NCBI GenBank assembly: GCA_963696295.1
Contig: CAVOJR010000001.1
Span: 3,120,095 to 3,184,094, forward strand
Length of the DNA stretch: 64,000 nucleotides
Direction: 5' to 3'
DNA from: an uncultured Chlamydiae bacterium
Lineage (GTDB): Bacteria > Chlamydiota > Chlamydiia > Chlamydiales > JAJFMB01
The position numbers and the translations under genes are program-made. Shown piece after piece: positions 9,095 through 18,428 of this stretch. A model generated the notes under the pieces. The model ran no database searches, was not told the origin of the DNA, and saw nothing but the letters and a program-made list of their open reading frames with translations. The first letter of the stretch is position 1, and each line of letters begins with the position of its first letter.

Positions 9095-9795
9095 GCGATA
9101 TCCTTGGCTAATTTCTTAGCTTTATTAACGAGAACGGGATCGGCACTGAATTCGCAGCAATGAATGAGGAGCGCAGCCTTTAATTCTTTACCTTTTTCTG
9201 CCGCTTTAATCCATTTTTGCAATCCCTTGTTGTTATTGAGATTGTGGTAGACCCTCCTCATCTGCGGAGTAAGCGCACAAGGATAGGAGATGCCGTCAGA
9301 AGAGAGAAAACTAAAATAAGAGTGGAAGTTAGCGGGGTTTCCAACCCGGTCTATGGCGGAAAATACGGCCTGTTGAACAAAAGGGGGATGAGAGGCAGGA
9401 TTCAAGGCTACCGATTTTGCCCGTTTGACTAAAGTGGTGATTTTCATCTCATTTGTATTTTCATAGTCCAATGCCCGGATAAGAGAATCGATCCAACGGG
9501 TGGATTCCAGCAGGTTTTTGTCCAACACATCCTCATCGGTGATGTCTTCAAGATCCTTAACCTCATTCACCGGGGAGTGGTTGTCCTCGGAAGAAGTGCT
9601 CAAATCTTCCTTTTTTGTGCTTATGGCGCGCACGTTTCTTTGGGTATATTCTTTGTAATTAAAATTTAAGTCGTTATCAAAAACTTCACTTGCGACCTCG
9701 TCAACTTTGGAATTTCTTTGGCTATATGCATAGGCAATCCCGGCCGCGGCGCCAAGGGCTGTGAAGATCAATAATTGCCGTCTTGATATGAACAT
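9082..9795 (-). CDS. Hypothetical protein with N-terminal TM/signal anchor
   Basis: 237-aa ORF. N-terminus RRQLLIFTALGAAAGIAYAY. Its 3' end overlaps the start of the downstream 477-aa ORF by 13 nt, which suggests an operon. Confidence 0.65.
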   Translation of the reverse strand: MFISRRQLLIFTALGAAAGIAYAYSQRNSKVDEVASEVFDNDLNFNYKEYTQRNVRAISTKKEDLSTSSEDNHSPVNEVKDLEDITDEDVLDKNLLESTRWIDSLIRALDYENTNEMKITTLVKRAKSVALNPASHPPFVQQAVFSAIDRVGNPANFHSYFSFLSSDGISYPCALTPQMRRVYHNLNNNKGLQKWIKAAEKGKELKAALLIHCCEFSADPVLVNKAKKLAKDIACRF

Positions 9796-9965
9796 TTAAT
9801 TTCCTTGAAAAAGAAGTAGTCTAGCACAGCCAATATTTAATTTGTACTCATTAATTATATAAATTAAATTTATAATTAATATTAAAATAGAAGCTCCGGT
9901 TCCCCTTCTGGACTGTAAATATCAGATATGCTAATGTTGTAAAACACCGCTAAGAGGTTTTTTTT

Positions 9966-10172
9966 ATGAGCCTGATTATCACTATTCTCGTCGCGTTTGC
10001 TTTTTTTCTGCTGGCTCTGGCCCTTGTGGCCATCGGCTGGCTTATCACCGGAAAAATGAAGGTCAAAATCGGCGCTTGCGGACGAGTTCCGGATAAAGAT
10101 AATAAATGCGGCGAGGAAACCAAATGCAGCCTTTGCGACGAGGGAAAGAAAGAGAAAGATGACCTACAATAA
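9966..10172 (+). CDS. Small single-TM Cys-rich protein, possibly NqrM-like
   Basis: 68 aa. One TM helix (IITILVAFAFFLLALALVAIGWLI) is followed by GACG...C...C..C. The 3' end overlaps the ubiE start by 14 nt. The architecture resembles the NqrM/DUF539 maturation factor (from memory). Confidence 0.45.
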   Translation: MSLIITILVAFAFFLLALALVAIGWLITGKMKVKIGACGRVPDKDNKCGEETKCSLCDEGKKEKDDLQ

Positions 10173-10884
10173 ACAAGACCCGGAAACTATTCAGACCCTT
10201 TTTGGCAACATCGCGTCTCAATACGACCGCACCAACAGCGTGCTATCATTCAAGCTGCACAAATACTGGAACAATGAGCTGGTCAAAGCCATATCAGAGG
10301 AAGAATCTCCCAGAACTTTGCTCGACCTTTGCTGCGGAACCGGCGAAATCGCCTTGACCTACCTGAAAAAGACCCCGGTGCGCTGCCAGGCTTATCTCTT
10401 AGATTTTTGCGAAGAGATGCTGCAATGCGCCAAAGCTAAAGCGGAAGATCAATTGCTCCATCACCACACCCTGACCTATTTAAGGGCGGATGCGCAAAAT
10501 ATCCCGCTGGCCAAAGAGAGCGTCAAAGCCTGCACGATCGCCTATGGCATCCGCAATGTGAAAGAACCGAAGAAGTGCATTGAAGAGGTATTCCGCGTGC
10601 TGGAGCCGGGCGGGCGCTTTGCTATCCTGGAACTCACGCAACCCAAAAATAATCTTCTCCGTTTTGGCCACAGCTGCTATTTGCGGTTTGTTTTGCCCCA
10701 AATCGGTCGGCTGCTCACCCGAAATAAAGAAGCGTACCAATATTTGTGCCAGAGCATCCAAAACTTTGTCGACCCGCAAGTGCTCGAAGAGCAGTTGAAA
10801 GAGGCCGGTTTTGTGGAAACATACCGCAAACCTTTAAATGGCGGGATCGCCACCATCATTTTTGGACGAAAGCCGCTTCGTTAA
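10159..10884 (+). CDS. ubiE: Demethylmenaquinone/ubiquinone methyltransferase
   Basis: Motifs FGNIASQYDRTNSVLSF, LDLCCGTGE (SAM motif I), IAYGIRNV and VLEPGGRFAILE. Confidence 0.9.
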   Translation: MTYNKQDPETIQTLFGNIASQYDRTNSVLSFKLHKYWNNELVKAISEEESPRTLLDLCCGTGEIALTYLKKTPVRCQAYLLDFCEEMLQCAKAKAEDQLLHHHTLTYLRADAQNIPLAKESVKACTIAYGIRNVKEPKKCIEEVFRVLEPGGRFAILELTQPKNNLLRFGHSCYLRFVLPQIGRLLTRNKEAYQYLCQSIQNFVDPQVLEEQLKEAGFVETYRKPLNGGIATIIFGRKPLR

Positions 10885-11916
10885 TTCTCCCCTCAGCAGC
10901 TTTCCTAAGGGAGAGCGGGGGATGGCAGGCACGAAATGGGTTTGCCTGATCCTCTCAAAGGGAAGAACTCTCTCGTGAAAGCGTTTTAGAAATAGTTCTA
11001 CGGAATCACCGGTGTAGACTAAATGCAGGGCGTGCCCGAGCCGATCGTCCGGCATGGCGACAAGAGCGCAGTCGAGCTCTCCTCTCAATTCCTCTACAAG
11101 CAGGGTCAATTTCTTCAAATCGACGCTCTCCCCTCCAACTTTCACAAAATCGCTGTTTCTTCCTTGGATCTCCAGAATATCACCATGAAAAGAAGCATGG
11201 TCCTCTGTCAGGAACCACCCCATCTTCTTAGGGTCTTCAAAGCTGACATTTTCTTGGGTGAAAAAGGCATAGGCTGTTAACAATGAAGGGCTTTTGATCA
11301 TCAAGAGGCCTCTATCAGTAACTTTTGCCTCAATATGCGGCAGCAATTTCAGCTCCGGGGAATCTTTTGTCGCGGTCGCGACTTGCGAAGCGCACTCGGT
11401 CAGACCGTAGCTCGGCATCAAAGGCCAGCCCAATTTTTTGCCCTTTTCATAGAGATCGCATGAGAGCGCTCCCCCGCCCACAACCACTCCGCGAAGCGAC
11501 GGAGGGGCCTTACTCTCGAGCTTCACCAAGTCGTAGATTTGCGTCGGCACAAGGGCTGTCAAGGAGGCCCGGCCGGCTTCTAAAAGAAATTGGGCCGGAT
11601 CCCATTTACCAGGCAGATCGATGACTTCCGAGCCGCTGAGGTAAGCCCTGGCCAGGATGCCGGCTCCCCCCACATGGAAATGGGGCAAGCATTTCACCCA
11701 CTTATCAGCTTTTGTCGCTTGCAAATGTTCATTCACCGCGTGCGCAGAGGCGAAAAGCGCGCTTTTGGAGAGAGCCACCGCCTTGGACTGTCCGGTTGAA
11801 CCGGAGGTCAAAAACCAGAGGTGATCGGCCAGCTGCCCCTCCAAAAGGGCCTCTATCCGCTCCCGTCCGGGCATGCGGGGATTCAGCAAAACTTGAGTCT
11901 TTTCCCAGTCGATCAC
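10834..11916 (-). CDS. menE: O-succinylbenzoate-CoA ligase (short form)
   Basis: AMP-binding motif TSGSTGQSKAV, plus YGLTECAS and a C-terminal LGKLLRGEL. Last gene of the men cluster. At 360 aa it is N-terminally shorter than typical MenE. Confidence 0.8.
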   Translation of the reverse strand: MIDWEKTQVLLNPRMPGRERIEALLEGQLADHLWFLTSGSTGQSKAVALSKSALFASAHAVNEHLQATKADKWVKCLPHFHVGGAGILARAYLSGSEVIDLPGKWDPAQFLLEAGRASLTALVPTQIYDLVKLESKAPPSLRGVVVGGGALSCDLYEKGKKLGWPLMPSYGLTECASQVATATKDSPELKLLPHIEAKVTDRGLLMIKSPSLLTAYAFFTQENVSFEDPKKMGWFLTEDHASFHGDILEIQGRNSDFVKVGGESVDLKKLTLLVEELRGELDCALVAMPDDRLGHALHLVYTGDSVELFLKRFHERVLPFERIRQTHFVPAIPRSPLGKLLRGELTKRLSSKNDGGDPAI

Positions 11917-12794
11917 AGCTTTTTCCAGGGTAACTTGGCAAGCAAAGCGTCAAACCCGAAACCGGTGCCTTCGGGAGGGGTGAGAAAGGGCCCTTTTTGG
12001 GGCAGCTGCTCACTAAATTCGTTCGTCTGATAAACAAGATGACTGCAAAGACCACCAGTCGCCACCTTCAGTTGGGCTGCGATATAGGCCGCTGAAAGCT
12101 GTCCCAGAGGATGGTCCAAATAGGAAGTGACCACCAGCTTCTGGCTGAGATTCTGAAAGGGGGCGTGGGCTTGAACGGCCGGTTTTAAAATGAGTACTTT
12201 TGCAGCCTTGGTCTTGCCGATCGCCCGCTCCGAACCGGCATCGCAGGCTAAACTTACTGAATATTGCTCCTGCAGGCGCTGCCAGGCCACTTCTGAAAAG
12301 GGAAAGGGGTCTTCGATAAAATCGAAAAAAGGAAGAAAGGGAACCATCTCTTCTAAAAAAGCCTCGAACGCCCTTTCGGTCAAACGGGCGTTAAAATCGA
12401 GCCGCACCTGGCAGGGAAACTTTTCGAGCAGCATTTTCAGCTGCTCTTTTTCTTCAAGCTCTCTTCCCATTTTGATTTTAAACAAAGAGGTGTCGGGAAT
12501 CTCATCGGTGATCTTCAGGAGCAGATGGTGGCTCGGAGGAATGGCCAATCCATCGAAAAGGGAGCGCTTTTTAGCACGCGCCTCTCTGTCCAGTCCGGCG
12601 AAATAGAGGGAGCGCTCAGTCAAGCGGGTGGTTTGACCGTCGGCCAATCGCTTGAGCTGTTCCTGCAGAGGCAAATCCCCCAGCTCTACCCAAGGGTGGC
12701 AGTCGGCGTAGCCCCCCTCTACAGAAAGGAGCGCACCCTCCCTCACCATGCCCCCCGTTTTCGCCTTAAGGGTATAGCGATGAAAGGTTATCAT
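11913..12794 (-). CDS. menC: O-succinylbenzoate synthase (enolase superfamily)
   Basis: FKIKMGR...VRLDFNARLT pattern and its position between menA and menE. Start chosen at ATG 12794, which forms an ATGA overlap with the menA stop. The longer listed ORF (to 12893) would overlap menA by 103 nt. Confidence 0.75.
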   Translation of the reverse strand: MITFHRYTLKAKTGGMVREGALLSVEGGYADCHPWVELGDLPLQEQLKRLADGQTTRLTERSLYFAGLDREARAKKRSLFDGLAIPPSHHLLLKITDEIPDTSLFKIKMGRELEEKEQLKMLLEKFPCQVRLDFNARLTERAFEAFLEEMVPFLPFFDFIEDPFPFSEVAWQRLQEQYSVSLACDAGSERAIGKTKAAKVLILKPAVQAHAPFQNLSQKLVVTSYLDHPLGQLSAAYIAAQLKVATGGLCSHLVYQTNEFSEQLPQKGPFLTPPEGTGFGFDALLAKLPWKKL

Positions 12795-13651
12795 ACCAGC
12801 AATCCAATCGCCATAAGCGCCCCGAACATCATATGGAGCAAAGCCCCCATCCCTAAAATTTGGTTGTAGGCCGGACTCGGGGGCAATTGCCACACTTTCA
12901 GGGCAACGCTAATGGCTACGGGCAAGGCCAGCCAGGGCAAAAAAGCCGCCATAAATTGATGATGGATCCAATAGAGGGTGAGGAAAAACGGGAAAAATGC
13001 GCAAAAGGTGATCGCCCCTTTCCCGAAATTTACGCCGTATCTCACGGCGATCGTGCGCTTATTTGCCTCGCTATCGGTTGAAAAATCGCGGACATTATTT
13101 ACCGCGATGAGGAGCGTGGCGAGCAGCCCGATCTGCGTCCCTGCGATCAGAGCCTCCCAAGAGAGCCCGCCGGTTTGGATATAATAAGTTCCGCCTATGC
13201 CGATCAGCCCAAAAAAAACAAAGACGAACACCTCGCCAAGGCCAAGATAGGCCAAGGGAAAGGGGCCGCCCGTGTACATATAAGCCAGCAGCAGGGAAAT
13301 GCAGAGCAGGCAAGCGATGACCGCCCCCCCTTGAATCACCAGGGGCACAGCAAACAGGGCGCCTAAGGCAAGGCAGGCCATCCCCCCTCTCATCACGGCG
13401 GAGGGGGTGAGCAGGCCGCTTTGCACCACCCGCACCGGGCCGATTCTTTTCTCAGTGTCGGCCCCTTTTTTGAAATCCAGCGCGTCATTGAGCAGATTTG
13501 TGGCTATCTGAACGAAGACAGCCGCAAACAGGCAGCAAAGCGCCAGGAACCATTTTGGATGAGGAGCTAGAGCTGTCCCCACCAGCACAGGAATCACCGA
13601 TGCGGTAAGGGTCTTTGGCCTCGCCGCCATAATCCACGCATTCATTGGCAC
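12791..13651 (-). CDS. menA: 1,4-dihydroxy-2-naphthoate polyprenyltransferase
   Basis: UbiA-family motifs ARPKTLTASVIPVLVG and NLLNDALDFKKGADT...RIGP. Polytopic hydrophobic protein. Confidence 0.9.
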   Translation of the reverse strand: MPMNAWIMAARPKTLTASVIPVLVGTALAPHPKWFLALCCLFAAVFVQIATNLLNDALDFKKGADTEKRIGPVRVVQSGLLTPSAVMRGGMACLALGALFAVPLVIQGGAVIACLLCISLLLAYMYTGGPFPLAYLGLGEVFVFVFFGLIGIGGTYYIQTGGLSWEALIAGTQIGLLATLLIAVNNVRDFSTDSEANKRTIAVRYGVNFGKGAITFCAFFPFFLTLYWIHHQFMAAFLPWLALPVAISVALKVWQLPPSPAYNQILGMGALLHMMFGALMAIGLLV

Positions 13652-13656
13652 CTCCC

Positions 13657-14486
<830 letters not shown>

Positions 14487-14490
<4 letters not shown>

Positions 14491-15152
14491 TGCACATCTC
14501 CTATGAATTGTTTTAGTTGTTCTTGAAGCTCATTTTCCCAAAGTAGGCGGTGGCCCGCTTCCGGAACCCTCCATTCCCTTGATTTTTTGTTCGTAAAGGC
14601 TAGGCCGCATGTGGCCTTTGGGTCCCTTTCCCCTGTGATCCAGAAGAGGGGCATCGGCAAAGCGGCAATCAAAGGAGTCAAATACTCCTGATGGCCAACC
14701 GACCACTTTTCCAGCACCTGGCAAAGAATTGCCCGGTCATAGTCTGCCTCATTTCTCATCACAGATCGATCCCCGGCAAAGACGCCCTGGCCATTCCAAT
14801 CCCGCATCAGTTTCTCCCAAGGGTCGTTCAAAAAGCGCTTGGCCCATTTTTTATCCTGGGCCAGGCGCTCCTCCCTTTCCCGCTTCTCTTTAAGGCCGGG
14901 ATTGGCGGAGATGATCACCGCCGCTTTCCAACGTTTTGGATTTTGAATCAGCGCGTGCAGGGCAAGCCTGCCCCCCAGGGAATACCCCGCCAGGACGCTC
15001 TCCCCGGAAACCCGGGCATTAAATTGCTCTGCCCACTCGGCTAGGCTTTTGATCGGAGGCTGAAAAAGATTGATATTGTTTGCCTTCGGCAGGCTCTGCT
15101 GCCAATCGCCTGGCCGTCCCAAAAAGCCATGTAGAGCGTATATATCGGTCAT
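14487..15152 (-). CDS. menH: SHCHC synthase (alpha/beta hydrolase)
   Basis: LHGFLG oxyanion motif, GYSLGG nucleophile elbow, 4-nt overlap with menB. Confidence 0.75.
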
Positions 15153-15339
15153 TATAGAGAGGCCTTATTTCATCTGATCCATCTTTCATACTTAAGATTC
15201 CTTAAATTTGCAAGGATTCAATACGGCAAGCGGCATCCCAGACTTTAATATTTAAGTGAGGTATTATGATAAAATAAGAACAAAACAAGAAATTAGAATC
15301 GCGGAAATTAGACCATTAGGCCTCTATGTCAAGCTAATA

Positions 15340-15361
15340 AGGCTAATCCTTAGATTAGCCT
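15340..15361 (-). terminator. Hairpin downstream of the 68-aa ORF
   Basis: AGGCTAATC / GATTAGCCT perfect 9-bp stem with a 4-nt loop, 14 nt past the stop at 15375. Confidence 0.4.
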
Positions 15362-15374
15362 CGCAGAATGCCCT

Positions 15375-15581
15375 TTATTCGAATCCGGGGCCTGATGTTG
15401 CCGTCTTCCAGGCAGAATCAAGAACATTTTTAGCAACTGTAGACGCCATGGAATTAACCTGTTCATGAATATATTTATCAGCGGCCTTCTGCATTTGTTT
15501 ATCGAATTCGATGCTGCCGCAACCGACTTGAGCTTCTCCCTTCATGGTCGCAACTAATTTATTATAATCACTGCTTATCAT
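15375..15581 (-). CDS. Hypothetical 68-aa protein
   Basis: Strong RBS (AGGAGGG) upstream of the ATG. No recognisable motif. Confidence 0.6.
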   Translation of the reverse strand: MISSDYNKLVATMKGEAQVGCGSIEFDKQMQKAADKYIHEQVNSMASTVAKNVLDSAWKTATSGPGFE

Positions 15582-15759
15582 ATACCCTCCTGTTATTAGG
15601 TTTTTTATTTGTTATACTAATAATTATAACTCAACATTTTAAATGCGATATATAGATTTTATTATTTTTCTGCAAAATTGACGTCGACAAAAAGGAAATG
15701 AAATCTTTATTAAAAATTAAAATAGTTCCTATATAATTAGCAGTAAATAAAGGGGAAAA

Positions 15760-17328
15760 ATGGCTGCTATTTCAAATTATCATCTTTCCAATAAAGAAAT
15801 CTTCTTATCATTTGCAACGGGTTTTAGTGCTATTCCTTATGCCATGCGCCACTTCCAGGAAGCAAAAAACAGTGGAAATTATGCCTACTATGCCCACAAG
15901 GCCATCGGTTCTATTCAATGTATTCCTGTAATTGGGGGGCTTTGCGCCTTAGCGGAACGCATTGCGGTATTGGCCTGTAAGAAAATATTTGCAAAACCGA
16001 TCCCGCCGGTCGAGAAATATAAAGATGATGAAACCACCCCTATACAAAAAATAGGTAAAGAGGATGATCCTGCTGACGTATCAATGGATCCTCCCCCGGT
16101 AATTGAAATAGACCAGAAAATCCTCGATAATCCGAAAGCGCTAGTTGAGATAGCGGCAACTTTCGGTGTACTTTACTACAAGGATTATGAAAGCATCCGC
16201 CTTCATCTTGCCAAACTTGCAGAACAGAACTATCCTTTTGAACCGGTGGATAAGTGGATTTGCCAAGCGGTGTTAGGGGATCCCCTTTTCAATATCGAGG
16301 AGTTTCAAAAACTGCCGGAGGAGATGCGTTGTAAAATCTTTTTTGTCGCCAATCGCTTTCAACATGAGGATTTAGTCAATCAATTGAAACCTTATACACC
16401 CAAAGGGGAAAACATTGCCCTGGAGGGGTATTCCATCTCTCCATCGGATGCTACTTTACAGGAAACCCGCACAAATATTATTTCGTTTTATAAAACTCTT
16501 AGAGAAGAGGGATCCATTCTTACTGTCAGTGAGTTTTTTGCTTTTGAGGATGAAATCAAAGCAAAACTCGATGGTTTTCTTGAATCCCTATGGAATCATC
16601 CCCCCAGTAATGGGGAGGAGCTAAACAAACAGGTAAAGCTTTTTTACGATACGGTTGACGCTGAAATCGGAAGTAAGAATAACAATCATGTGAATTTCCA
16701 TCTGATGAGGATGAAATATGCCTTAGATCAGGTTACTTATAGCAGCGACTTTAAAAATATAATTAAAAAAGTGGGAAAGTATTTTAGGAACCGCTCCTAT
16801 ATACCAAGCATAAGCACCATTAAAGAGGATAGCGGCGCAGGGTTTTATGTCAAAAGTAAGCCTTTGATTTCGCGAATCAAAGGAATAAAGTGGTGTGATA
16901 AAGTAATCAAGGAAAATAATTTACAGTATATAAAAGTTCCTAAAAAGATATTAATCGTCAATGATTCCCTAGAAAAATTTAATGTAGACACTTCGGGGGA
17001 ATTAGTTGATCCTCACGAAAACCCTCCCTATTGTCTTATCGCAGAGCAGATCTATGAAACGGATAATACGCCATCTGCAGGGGAAGACATCCAGATGAAG
17101 GCTAATGAAGAGCTGAAAACATTTGCCAAAAAATCGTATTTTTCTGATTTTTACGGTAGAAATTTCTTGTGGCACTTTGATCATTCTCTTTACTGTATTG
17201 ATACGGAATTTAATAGCTTTACATTTCCACCAGACCAGAAACTCTCAACGAGCATTTATAGGCAATTTTGTCCACCCAATTGGAGATTTACTTACACCAT
17301 CCCCTTGAGAAATAACGCCTTTGCTTAA
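15760..17328 (+). CDS. Hypothetical 522-aa protein; C-terminus with kinase-like D-x4-N ... ID-x-E pattern
   Basis: GGGGAAAAA before the ATG. AT-rich. C-terminal SDFYGRNFLWHFDHSLYCIDTE resembles a catalytic loop plus metal-binding Asp of atypical kinases. Confidence 0.65.
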   Translation: MAAISNYHLSNKEIFLSFATGFSAIPYAMRHFQEAKNSGNYAYYAHKAIGSIQCIPVIGGLCALAERIAVLACKKIFAKPIPPVEKYKDDETTPIQKIGKEDDPADVSMDPPPVIEIDQKILDNPKALVEIAATFGVLYYKDYESIRLHLAKLAEQNYPFEPVDKWICQAVLGDPLFNIEEFQKLPEEMRCKIFFVANRFQHEDLVNQLKPYTPKGENIALEGYSISPSDATLQETRTNIISFYKTLREEGSILTVSEFFAFEDEIKAKLDGFLESLWNHPPSNGEELNKQVKLFYDTVDAEIGSKNNNHVNFHLMRMKYALDQVTYSSDFKNIIKKVGKYFRNRSYIPSISTIKEDSGAGFYVKSKPLISRIKGIKWCDKVIKENNLQYIKVPKKILIVNDSLEKFNVDTSGELVDPHENPPYCLIAEQIYETDNTPSAGEDIQMKANEELKTFAKKSYFSDFYGRNFLWHFDHSLYCIDTEFNSFTFPPDQKLSTSIYRQFCPPNWRFTYTIPLRNNAFA

Positions 17329-17331
17329 TAA

Positions 17332-17628
17332 TTGATAATATGGTATAATATTTATATGATTAGTATAATTGATGACAATTTTGTCCAACTTCCCCCTTTA
17401 AAAGGGTGCGCCGCAATCCTTTCCTCCTGTGAGGAACGGGTGCATCTCATAGGAATTACCACACTGGCCCGCCTTTCAGAGATTAAGCAGGCTGTGCTTG
17501 AAAGCTGGTCCGAATCGATACGCGAGCAGGCAAAGCGGATTCAAGAGGAGCTCAGCTCTTCTGCTTATTTGAGCCATATGGCCTATCTGAAGATCCTCCT
17601 GGAACCTAAGGTTCACACGAATTTTTAA
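17332..17628 (+). CDS. Hypothetical small protein (start uncertain, possibly ATG 17356)
   Basis: The ORF begins 4 nt after the preceding stop. No motif. Contains the left copy of an 18-bp direct repeat. Confidence 0.35.
   Translation: MIIWYNIYMISIIDDNFVQLPPLKGCAAILSSCEERVHLIGITTLARLSEIKQAVLESWSESIREQAKRIQEELSSSAYLSHMAYLKILLEPKVHTNF
17568..17585. repeat. Left copy of 18-bp direct repeat TTTGAGCCATATGGCCTA
   Basis: An identical 18-mer recurs at 18411-18428. The pair brackets the P-loop kinase pseudogene. Confidence 0.7.
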
Positions 17629-17654
17629 TAAAATTTTTTCATTAAAATCTATAC

Positions 17655-18328
17655 ATGAAAACCCCCCGTTTGAAGAAATTTGCTTTGATCGGACTTCCCG
17701 GAAGCGGCAAGTCCACATACGCTTCCAAGCTGGGCGGAATTCAGCCGGAGTTTACAAACTCATTGCCGGCATCTGACGCAATCTTTTGACGTCCAACCGC
17801 TTAATGTTTTTCGCGCTTAGCCACATGGGTAATACGCTCAAAACATTAATCGGTTGGACGTCAAAATCTTGCATCATCTGCCGACAAGCAGTTTGTAAAC
17901 TCCGGCTAGGCATTCCGGTTCATCATCTGGACAGGCATATGTTTGAGCCGGACGGAAAGAAGAAGGACAAGCTGGAATTCATAAAGATTCAAAAAGATAT
18001 GCTCGACGAAGAAGCCTGGGTTGTAGAGGGGTGTTCTTTTTCGACTTTCGAAATGAGGTTCGCCAAGGCGGATGTTCTGATTTATTTCCATTTTCCCCGC
18101 CTCGTTTGCATCTTCAGACTTTTCAGAAGAATATTTAATTACAAAAGAGATTTCGGCGGCTTAAGAGCTGTTACATGGGAAATTTTGAAATACACTTGGA
18201 ACTTTGATAAAGAAAAAAGAGCCAAAATTGAAGAACTCAGGCAAAAGTATCCCCAAACAGAATTTCTCATCTTCAGAAGGCAGAAAGACGCCGATCTGTT
18301 CATAAAATCCTTGACAAAGTCAGATTAG
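17655..18328 (+). pseudogene. P-loop NTPase/adenylate-kinase-like (topology modulation FlaR-like) gene interrupted by a palindromic element
   Basis: The N-terminal piece MKTPRLKKFALIGLPGSGKSTYASKLGGI (ATG 17655) runs into a TGA inside the insert. The C-terminal piece IPVHHLDRHMFEPDGKKK... runs to 18328. Removing 17743-17915 (element plus one ATTC copy) gives ...SKLGGIPVHHLD... in a single 167-codon frame. Confidence 0.8.
17743..17911. mobile_element. MITE-like palindromic insertion (169 bp) with ATTC target-site duplication
   Basis: Arms 17745-17810 and 17840-17905 are reverse complements, about 56 of 66 nt by hand alignment, with CCGGAGTTTACAAACT termini. ATTC at 17739-17742 recurs at 17912-17915. 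No coding capacity. Confidence 0.75.
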
Positions 18329-18410
18329 CCAAAAAAAGTCTTGGCATAGCGAAAATTGGTCTTATTATCATTACTGACTCAAGGAAGGAGATATGCGGGC
18401 TTGTAGCTAC

Positions 18411-18428
18411 TTTGAGCCATATGGCCTA
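18411..18428. repeat. Right copy of 18-bp direct repeat TTTGAGCCATATGGCCTA
   Basis: Identical to 17568-17585. The core GCCATATGGC is itself palindromic. Confidence 0.7.
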
